Source of the DNA: Armatimonadota bacterium
GTDB taxonomy: Bacteria; Armatimonadota; UBA10988
Length of the DNA stretch: 64,000 nucleotides
NCBI GenBank assembly: GCA_016235455.1
Contig: JACRKZ010000059.1
Location: 1 to 64,000 of the forward strand
Direction: 5' to 3'
Shown: piece after piece, positions 56,623 to 64,000 of the stretch
Numbering within the stretch: the stretch's first letter is position 1
How the letters are laid out: each line of letters starts with the position of its first letter
Program-made: the position numbers and the translations under genes
The notes under the pieces: generated by a model
Seen by the model: the letters and a program-made list of their open reading frames with translations, nothing else
Database searches by the model: none
Told to the model about the DNA's origin: nothing

Positions 56623-57858
56623 TCAGCGCGGCTCGGCGCTCACGTTGCGCACGTTGGTCATCTGCACACGGCGCAGGTAGTCGGGCCCGGACTGCACGTT
56701 CACCGGGTCGCCCTCGCCGTCGTAGCGGAGCACATTGCTGATGACCGAGTCCGCCAGCGACCCGGCCACCAGGATAGTCGACACGGCGCGGCTGGTGATG
56801 TTGGTCAGCGTGATGCGGCTGGTATCGCCCAGCGGCGTCACACCACCCCAGACCGGGTTGTTGTCGCCGATCTTGACCGCCGCCCGGCAGCGGACGCCGT
56901 CGCCCGACGTGTCGAGCAGGCCGTCGAGCACGACATCGTGCAGCCGGGCGCCCGAGGTGTTGAGGAATCGCACGATGTGATGTCCGCCGGCGCAGTGGCC
57001 GATCACGTTGCGGATGATCACATGGTGGATGGCGTCCTTGCCGCTCGCCGCGGCGCTGACCATCGTCGAACCCGTGCTGCCGGCCACGGCCGCCGCGTGG
57101 GGGATGGCGGTGAGCGCGATCAGATCGTCGCCGGTGTAGCCGGTGACGTGATCGATGAGGATGTCGTGGCAGCCCTGGCGCAGGTCGATACCGTCCTGGT
57201 TGAGGATGACCGCCGGTCGTCCGTCGATGACGCGGCGGCCGGTGGACTCGAAGCGCAAGTCGCGCATCAGCCCGTTGGAGCAGCCCTCGAGCGAGATGGC
57301 CCAACAGTGCGAGTCGCGCAGCAGCAGGCCCTCGATGCCGAACCCGTCGACGTTGGCCAGCAGAATGCCGATGTTGCGCCAGTCGCCCTTCTGGGACTCC
57401 GTCGCCACGCCCGCGTCGGTGCCATACGTCTGAGCGCCGAGGGTCTTGGCGCTGTCGCCCGTAGCGCGGGGATGGTCGGCCCCTTCGAGCGTCGCCCCGC
57501 CCTGGCCGCGGATGTGGATGTTGGTCAGTGGCCGGACGTCGGTGATGCCCAGCCCGCAGTTGGCGCTGCGCAGCCAGTTGTCGCGGCAGCGGTCCGACAG
57601 CCGGAGCCGGCAGCCGTCGAGCACCAGCGTGGTGTTCGACGGCAGAAGGATGGCGCGGTCGAGCAGCCACACGTCCCCGCCGCGCGCGTTGTGCCGCGGG
57701 ATGACCACGCTGGCGCCGCTGGCGACAGACGCCGCGATCGCCTGGCTGATGCGCTCGCTGTCGGTGCCGGCGAACGCGTTGGGCGAGATGCTGTCGGGCA
57801 TGACCTCTCCCTGGGCGAGGGTGGCGAGCAGCAGGCAGAGCAGTGCGGGCCTGACCAT
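56623..57858 (-). CDS. Secreted pectin-lyase-fold protein (GH28-like)
   Basis: NQDGIDL, TGDDLIAL; beta-helix repeats. Confidence 0.8.
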   Translation of the reverse strand: MVRPALLCLLLATLAQGEVMPDSISPNAFAGTDSERISQAIAASVASGASVVIPRHNARGGDVWLLDRAILLPSNTTLVLDGCRLRLSDRCRDNWLRSANCGLGITDVRPLTNIHIRGQGGATLEGADHPRATGDSAKTLGAQTYGTDAGVATESQKGDWRNIGILLANVDGFGIEGLLLRDSHCWAISLEGCSNGLMRDLRFESTGRRVIDGRPAVILNQDGIDLRQGCHDILIDHVTGYTGDDLIALTAIPHAAAVAGSTGSTMVSAAASGKDAIHHVIIRNVIGHCAGGHHIVRFLNTSGARLHDVVLDGLLDTSGDGVRCRAAVKIGDNNPVWGGVTPLGDTSRITLTNITSRAVSTILVAGSLADSVISNVLRYDGEGDPVNVQSGPDYLRRVQMTNVRNVSAEPR

Positions 57859-57861
57859 GGC

Positions 57862-60375
57862 TCAGTCCATCCCCCGCGGGCCGATCTTGTCCACCGGGAT
57901 GGGCTTGAAGCCCAGTCGTAGCGCGGGCGAGTCGGGCTTGAGGCGGTAATCGTCGTGCTCGGCGTCGACGAATAGTGGGTCGGCTACCACGCTGGTCGCG
58001 TCCTTGCCCGCGGCCCGCCACTTGGCGTACGGGCCGACCGGCGTGACGTTACCTTCGCGCGCGGTCAGGTCGGCACCTACCAACCAGTAGACGTTACGAT
58101 CCCACTCGGCAAAGGTGTCGGTGCGGTCGTTCCACTGGAAGATGAGCTGGGCCTCGGGCCTGTGGTAGAGCACGATGTTGCCGACGAACGTGTTGCCCTT
58201 CATGAAGTCGTCGCGCGGCTGCAAGCGCACCTGGTGCTCGCGCGCGTCCACCAGGATGTTGTTCTCGATGCGGTTGTTCTGGCCGCCATGCACGCAGACG
58301 CCGCCGTTGTAGGTGCGCGCCACGATGTTGCCGTAGATGATCGTGCCGCTCGAGTAGTCGTCCAGGTAGATGCCCCAGTTGAAGTATGGCGTGAGGAACT
58401 CCCCCTCGGTGCTGGTGGCCAGGCCGATGACATCGCGGATCAGGTTGTAGCGCACGATGTTGCCGCTGTCGCGATGCTCATAGCCCAGGCTCTCGACCGC
58501 GCCGGTATCGTTGGTCTCCTGGTTGGTGTAGCGCAGGTCGTTGTACTCGATGACGTTGCGGTGCGAGAGGCGATCCTCGCCCTGGCTCTTGAAGCTGATG
58601 CCGTAGCGCGGCGTGTGCCAGATGCGGTTGTGGGCGATGCGGTTGTCGCTGCCGTGCGTCAGGTAGACGCCCGCGACATGCTTGTAGATCAGCCCGATGC
58701 GCTCGATCTCGTTGGCCAGGATGCGGTTGTGGTGCGGCTGCACCGCGGTGCCGCCGACCAGATGCACGCCGCCCTGGCCGACATCCTGGATGCGGCAGCG
58801 GCTGACCTCGACGTCGTTGGCGCGGTCGGCCAACTGTACGCCATACCCTCCGACCCAGGCCAGATCACAGTCGGTCAGCGACATGTGTCGCGCGCCGGCG
58901 ATGTGTACCGCGGCATCGCTCGGTGTGTAGTAATCGGTGGTCAGCGTGTAGCCCGTGTCACGGACGGCCAGGCCACGCAGGTGCACGTGCTCGACCCACT
59001 TGTCCGCTGCCGGGTCGCCCTTGATGTCGATGACGCGGTCCAGCACCGCCGCCACCATGGGCGCCGGCGGCTTGTCGGCGCCCTGGTCGGGCCGGTACAG
59101 CAGTCGGCCGGCGGCCTGGTCCAGGTACCAGGTGTTCGGCCCGGCCAAGCCCTCGCGCACGTTCTCCACGAAGTAGCGGTTGCCCATGCGCACATCCTGC
59201 GCCGCGCCGGTCCCGGTGAAGACGAGTCGGCGCTGGTCCCAGTCGACGTTGTCGATGGGCACGATGGCGTTGACCCAGCCCCAGGCGATGAACACATGTG
59301 CCTCGGCGCCCGCGGTGTCGGCGAAGTGGGGCAGGTCGCCCGCACCGAACGTCAGATGCGTGAACTGGCCCGGCGGGGTGGGCTTGGGCACGCTGATCTC
59401 GGCGCCTTCGGCCTTGTCGCACGCTTCGCACTGGATCATGAGCAGGTGCCGGCCGGCCGCCGGCGGCTTGACCTCACAGGCGCCCCACCACTCGATCTTG
59501 CCCATGGCCACCGCGGGATCCCAGGCCGGGTCGTCGCACAGCGCCAGCGCGTCTAGGTTGATGCCGCCGCCCACGCGGTTGGTCCACTTGAGGCGGTGCT
59601 CGCCGGCGGTCAAGGTCAGTTCGGCCGTGTTGGCCCAGGCCGACGGCGCCCAGTCGCCAGTGTCGGGCAGCCTCTCCAGCTTGACGTCCGGTCCGTCGTC
59701 CACGGTGATGGCGGTGCGGCCGCCCATGTCCTTGGTGCCGTAGTCGCCCATCTTGTGGCCATAGCGCAGCCACACGCGGTACGTGCCGTCGGCCGGCACG
59801 CGCACTGTCCACGTCAGTGCCGCCCCGACGTTGTGCGTGTTGCTCACGCCCTGGCCAAACAGACCTTTCTCCCACGGCTCGCCGCCCCACTTGGCGAACC
59901 GCCAGCCGCCGGTGACGCCCGGCTCGGCCAACGGCCAGCGGGCGCGGGTGGCCCAGCTCTCGCCGGCCCGCAGCAGTCGCGGCTTAAGATCACCAGCCGG
60001 CGCCGACCACAAGCCATCGCCCGCGGCCTGCCAGCCGGTGACGGCGCGGCCGCCACTGATCACCGGCTTGGCGCCGTCGGCGGCGCGCCAGGTGACCGGG
60101 CACGCCTCGGTGCCGGAGTCCTCGGGCGTCAAGATGAGCGGCTCGGTCAGATAGTGCGTGCCCGCGCCCACGATGATCTCCACCGGCGCGGCCAGCGGAT
60201 GCAAAGCCCGCGCCAGATCGCGCGCCCGCGCCAGGCTACGCACCGGCCCCTCGGTGTGCGCGGCGTTGGCCAGCGCGACCCGTCCCGTCCAGGCGTCGTT
60301 GCCGTCGACGGCGACGTACAGACGCGTGGGCGCGGCGAGGGTGGAGGTGAGCAACAGACAGACGCAACCGTACAT
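57862..60375 (-). CDS. Secreted right-handed beta-helix protein with an inserted CBM6/35-like module
   Basis: YVAVDGNDAWTG, ISGG, YFVEN, DTGAV, GIYLDDYSSG, ADPLFVD; insert GTYRVWLRY...LTAGEHRL...INLD. Confidence 0.82.
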   Translation of the reverse strand: MYGCVCLLLTSTLAAPTRLYVAVDGNDAWTGRVALANAAHTEGPVRSLARARDLARALHPLAAPVEIIVGAGTHYLTEPLILTPEDSGTEACPVTWRAADGAKPVISGGRAVTGWQAAGDGLWSAPAGDLKPRLLRAGESWATRARWPLAEPGVTGGWRFAKWGGEPWEKGLFGQGVSNTHNVGAALTWTVRVPADGTYRVWLRYGHKMGDYGTKDMGGRTAITVDDGPDVKLERLPDTGDWAPSAWANTAELTLTAGEHRLKWTNRVGGGINLDALALCDDPAWDPAVAMGKIEWWGACEVKPPAAGRHLLMIQCEACDKAEGAEISVPKPTPPGQFTHLTFGAGDLPHFADTAGAEAHVFIAWGWVNAIVPIDNVDWDQRRLVFTGTGAAQDVRMGNRYFVENVREGLAGPNTWYLDQAAGRLLYRPDQGADKPPAPMVAAVLDRVIDIKGDPAADKWVEHVHLRGLAVRDTGYTLTTDYYTPSDAAVHIAGARHMSLTDCDLAWVGGYGVQLADRANDVEVSRCRIQDVGQGGVHLVGGTAVQPHHNRILANEIERIGLIYKHVAGVYLTHGSDNRIAHNRIWHTPRYGISFKSQGEDRLSHRNVIEYNDLRYTNQETNDTGAVESLGYEHRDSGNIVRYNLIRDVIGLATSTEGEFLTPYFNWGIYLDDYSSGTIIYGNIVARTYNGGVCVHGGQNNRIENNILVDAREHQVRLQPRDDFMKGNTFVGNIVLYHRPEAQLIFQWNDRTDTFAEWDRNVYWLVGADLTAREGNVTPVGPYAKWRAAGKDATSVVADPLFVDAEHDDYRLKPDSPALRLGFKPIPVDKIGPRGMD

Positions 60376-60447
60376 GCGTGGCTCCGGTCGCTCCGTCTGT
60401 TCCGCGGCCGGTGGTCCTATCCCTTCTTGCTGCGGCGCGGGCGGGCC

Positions 60448-61365
60448 TCACTCCACCTGCGCGCTGAAGACCGGGAATCCGGGCTCGGGGAAGCGCGTCG
60501 GCAGCAGCAAGGGCATCTCGCGCCGGGTGAGGGCGGCTTGGGCGTCGGTCGCCGGGTCGTAGCAGGCAGGCGACAGCCGGTAGCGCGCGGTGTCGCGGAA
60601 CAAGCCTGGCAGCGCATCGACGATGACCGCCAACGGCGGCGGCAGACCGGCGCGCGTGCGGACGACGACGTGCCACACCGCGACATCCTCGGTGCGTTCC
60701 AGGCTCACCGTGGGCTCGCCGCCGCCGCGGTCGCCGAGCAGTCCCACCTGCACGGGTGACGCCGCGGGCCTGGTGACCGTGGCGCCGCTGTCCAGCGTGC
60801 TCGCATAGCGCGAGGAGAAGTCCGGCGGCGTGGCCGTCGGCGGCGCCTCGGGCGGGGTGATGCCGGCCGGCCGTTCGCCGTCGATGGAGATGGAGATGGT
60901 GATGCGCGGTGGCTCCTGCACGACAATGTGGTCGAGCCAGGCCGCGGTGGTGGCGCAGGCCACTTCGTGCCGGCGCAACTCACTCGTGTGCCAGACGGCC
61001 GTGACCTGAGCCAGCAGGCGCCATGCGCCATCAGGCAGCACAGCCATCACCGTGGGCTGTGCCGTGTCCTCGCCCAGCCGGATGAGCCGGTCCGCCAGGA
61101 TGACATCCTCCCACTGGTGCTCGCCGCGGTACCGCTGGACGCGAGTAATCTGCCAGGACCAGACCGGCGCGGTCGGCGCGCCGAACGGCAAGACCGGCGC
61201 CCGCGCGACGACGGCGCGCAACGAGATGGTTGAGCGCGTGCCGGGCATTGCGACCGACGGCGGCCTGCTCACATCGACGCGCACCAGTGGCACCGGTCGA
61301 GCAAGCTGAGCAAGCGCTGGCGCAGCCCCCAGCGTCTGCAACGCAATGGCGATCCACAACCGCAT
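60448..61365 (-). CDS. Secreted hypothetical protein
   Basis: Signal-peptide-like N-terminus (ALA site); Pro-rich linker. Confidence 0.55.
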   Translation of the reverse strand: MRLWIAIALQTLGAAPALAQLARPVPLVRVDVSRPPSVAMPGTRSTISLRAVVARAPVLPFGAPTAPVWSWQITRVQRYRGEHQWEDVILADRLIRLGEDTAQPTVMAVLPDGAWRLLAQVTAVWHTSELRRHEVACATTAAWLDHIVVQEPPRITISISIDGERPAGITPPEAPPTATPPDFSSRYASTLDSGATVTRPAASPVQVGLLGDRGGGEPTVSLERTEDVAVWHVVVRTRAGLPPPLAVIVDALPGLFRDTARYRLSPACYDPATDAQAALTRREMPLLLPTRFPEPGFPVFSAQVE

Positions 61366-61471
61366 GGCAGCAGCCCCTTGCCGACCTTACCCAGCGTCCA
61401 CGGGCACCGTTCACGGCGCGCCAAGGTGTCCGGCGGCGCGCGCCGAACAGATCGCCGTCGCGGAGCCCGCC

Positions 61472-63115
61472 ATGCGCACACTTCTGCTGCTCGTCGCCAC
61501 CTTCGTCAGCTGCGCCCATGCCGGCGAGTTGACCGAGCGCTGGTTCTTCCTGTCCACCAACCTGCGCGACGACGCTGCCGTCGCGCGCTTCAAGGATCTG
61601 GTCAACGCGGCCGCCGACCATGGCTACACCGGTGTCTGCTGGTCCGGGGCCGAGGCGGTGGCGCGCATGGGCGAACCCGAGTTGGCGCGCCTGGCCGAGG
61701 TCAAGCGTGCCTGTGCCGAGCGCAAGATGGAGATCGTTCCGCTCATCTTCTCGGTGGGCTACGGTGGGTCGGCGCTGGGCTTCGACCCCAACCTGGCCGT
61801 CGGCCATCCGGTGGTCGGAGCGCCCTTCGTGGTCAAGGATGGCCAGGCCAACCTCAAACCCGACGCGGCCGTGGCCGTGCGCAACGCCGGCTTCGAGGAC
61901 GATGCCGCCAAGCCGGCCGGTTGGGCATTCTCGGACAAACTCGGCGAGTTGACCATGGTCGACACCGCCGAGAAGCACTCGGGCCGGGCCTCGTTCCACT
62001 TCGTCGCACCGGCTGGCACCAACAACGGGCACAGCCGCGCCATGGCCAACATCGCCGTGCAGCCGGCCCGGCGCTACCGCCTCTCGCTGTGGGGCAAGGC
62101 GCGCGGCCTCAAGCCGGCGGGCACCTTCCGGGTGCAGGTCTACGGCGGCAAGGACGGCCCAAGCCTGGTCGGCGCCGAGCTGCCGGGCGAGAGCTACGAC
62201 TGGAAGCGCGCCACCGTCGAGGTCAACTCCGGCCCCTACGATGTGCTGCGGCTGTACGTGGGCAGTTGGGGTGGGCAGGCGGGCGACTTCTGGCTGGACG
62301 ATGTGGCCATCGAAGAGGTCGGTCTGGCCAACGTGGTGCGCCGCGACGGCTGCCCCTTGCGGGTCACCAGCGACGACGGCCAGGTGGTGTTCGAAGAGGG
62401 GCGCGACTTCGAGCCCGTGGTCGACAAGGGCGTGCTGAACTTCGGCGCGCGGCCCAACCTGCCGCTGGTGTTGGCCAAGGGCTCACGCCTGGCCGAGGGC
62501 CAGAGCCTGCGCGTGAGTTGGTACCACGCCGGGCAGGCGGCTTCGGGGCAGGTCTCGGTGTGCATGTCGGCGCCCCGGCTGTATGACTACTACGACCAGG
62601 TGGCCGCCGCTCTCGCCAAGCACCTGCCGAGCCGCCAGGTGCTGCTGAGCATGGACGAGATACGCCAGGGCGGCACCGACCTGGCCGACCAGCAGCGCGG
62701 GCTGACCATGGGTCAGATCCTGGCCGACTGCATCACGCGCCAGCAGGCCATTCTGCGCCGCCATCTGCCGGGCGTCACCTGCCACATCTGGTCGGACATG
62801 CTCGACCCCGGCCACAACGGCCATGGCAACTACTACCAGGTCAAGGGCGACTGGGCCGGCGCGGTCGATGGTGTGCCCAAGGACCTGGTGATCGACTGCT
62901 GGTGGGTCGACCAGTGCGAGCGCAGCCTCAAGTTCTTCGACGACCGCGGCTTCCGCACGCTGGGTGCGGCCTACTACGATTCGGCTGACCTGGAGGGCTC
63001 CAAACGCTGGCTGCAGGCGCTCCGAGCCACACCCCGAGCCATCGGTATCATGTACACCACCTGGCAGAACAAGTACGCGCTGCTGGCGCCATTCGGCGAC
63101 CTGGCGCGGCCTTGA
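61472..63115 (+). CDS. Secreted GH20-like barrel protein with an inserted CBM4/9-like domain
   Basis: Signal peptide; NAGFE...GW; SMDEIR, IWSDM, GIMYTTW. Confidence 0.7.
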   Translation: MRTLLLLVATFVSCAHAGELTERWFFLSTNLRDDAAVARFKDLVNAAADHGYTGVCWSGAEAVARMGEPELARLAEVKRACAERKMEIVPLIFSVGYGGSALGFDPNLAVGHPVVGAPFVVKDGQANLKPDAAVAVRNAGFEDDAAKPAGWAFSDKLGELTMVDTAEKHSGRASFHFVAPAGTNNGHSRAMANIAVQPARRYRLSLWGKARGLKPAGTFRVQVYGGKDGPSLVGAELPGESYDWKRATVEVNSGPYDVLRLYVGSWGGQAGDFWLDDVAIEEVGLANVVRRDGCPLRVTSDDGQVVFEEGRDFEPVVDKGVLNFGARPNLPLVLAKGSRLAEGQSLRVSWYHAGQAASGQVSVCMSAPRLYDYYDQVAAALAKHLPSRQVLLSMDEIRQGGTDLADQQRGLTMGQILADCITRQQAILRRHLPGVTCHIWSDMLDPGHNGHGNYYQVKGDWAGAVDGVPKDLVIDCWWVDQCERSLKFFDDRGFRTLGAAYYDSADLEGSKRWLQALRATPRAIGIMYTTWQNKYALLAPFGDLARP

Positions 63116-63184
63116 GCCCGCCTGCGGGCTATGGTAGACTGCACCGGCCGGCGGGCTCGCCGGCGAACCGTGTTGAGGTGAGTG

Positions 63185-64000
63185 ATGAGCGAATCGGCCG
63201 AACGTGCCCCCATGCTCGAGATGCGCGGCATCCGTAAGCAGTACCCTGGCGTGCTGGCGCTGGACGATGTGAGCTTCTCGCTCTTCCCCGGCGAGGTCCA
63301 CGCGCTGGTGGGTGAGAATGGCGCGGGCAAGTCGACGCTGATGAAGATCCTCGCCGGCGCCGAGCGCCCCGATTCGGGCGAGGTGCTGCTGCACGGTCAG
63401 CCGGTGCGGTTCAACAGCCCGATCGAGGGCATTCGAGCCGGCATCAGCATCATCTATCAGGAGTTCAACCTCGTGCCGTCGATGTCGGTGGAGGAGAACA
63501 TCTTCCTCGGCCGCCAGCCCACCAAGGGCATGGGCCTGGTGAACTGGCGCGAAATGCGCGCGCGGGCCAGCGAACTGCTCGACCGGCTGGAAGCCAACAT
63601 CGACCCCGGCGCGCTGGTCGAGACGCTGAGCGTTGCACAGCAGCAGATGGTCGAGATCGCCAAAGCGGTATCCACCGATGCGCGCGTCATCGCCATGGAC
63701 GAGCCGACCGCCACGCTTACCGAACGCGAGATAGACCACCTGTTCACGCTCATCCGGCGGCTCAAGGATGAGGGCAAGGGCATCATCTACATCTCCCACC
63801 GGCTGGACGAGATCGAGACCATGGCCGACCGGGTCACGGTCTTCCGTGACGGCAAATGGGTCTGCACCGAGCAGAAGGTGAACCTGGGCCGGGACGAGAT
63901 GATCCACCGCATGGTCGGCCGCGAACTGACCAATCAGTTCCCCAAGCGCCCGGCCGAGCTCGGTGCCGTGGTGCTGGAAGTCAAGGGCCTCACGCGTCGT
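63185..64000 (+). CDS. Monosaccharide ABC transporter ATP-binding protein (RbsA-like), runs off the window
   Basis: MLEMRGIRKQYPGVLALDDV, GENGAGKST, MDEPTATL, YISHRLDE. Confidence 0.93.
   Translation, partial: MSESAERAPMLEMRGIRKQYPGVLALDDVSFSLFPGEVHALVGENGAGKSTLMKILAGAERPDSGEVLLHGQPVRFNSPIEGIRAGISIIYQEFNLVPSMSVEENIFLGRQPTKGMGLVNWREMRARASELLDRLEANIDPGALVETLSVAQQQMVEIAKAVSTDARVIAMDEPTATLTEREIDHLFTLIRRLKDEGKGIIYISHRLDEIETMADRVTVFRDGKWVCTEQKVNLGRDEMIHRMVGRELTNQFPKRPAELGAVVLEVKGLTRR

Overview
A high-GC (roughly 70% by eye), densely coding bacterial chromosomal segment. A prepilin-type DUF1559/H-X9-DG gene, many secreted CAZyme-like proteins, sulfatases, lpxC and BMC vertex genes suggest Armatimonadota or a PVC-like diderm (inference). 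Housekeeping genes include acnA, glgP, metK, thrC, dtd, cysE, lpxC, tRNA-Asp(GTC) and tRNA-Ala(GGC). Both ends carry clusters of secreted glycan-degrading proteins. No transposase, integrase, prophage or CRISPR array was seen. Best leads: (1) a dispersed microcompartment module, with a DapA-family aldolase bearing a C-terminal encapsulation-peptide-like helix about 8.5 kb from two orphan EutN/CcmL pentamer genes; (2) an unannotated ~82-nt structured RNA with its own extended -10 promoter after thrC; (3) a plant-type threonine synthase directly behind metK, whose leader may fold over its SD; (4) a bacterial Translin/Trax homolog; (5) an XRE regulator fused to an apparently dead nucleotide cyclase. 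lpxC and a transglutaminase-like gene each show a ~50-60 nt frameshifting deletion that may be an assembly artefact. All calls come from reading motifs by eye; no searches were run.
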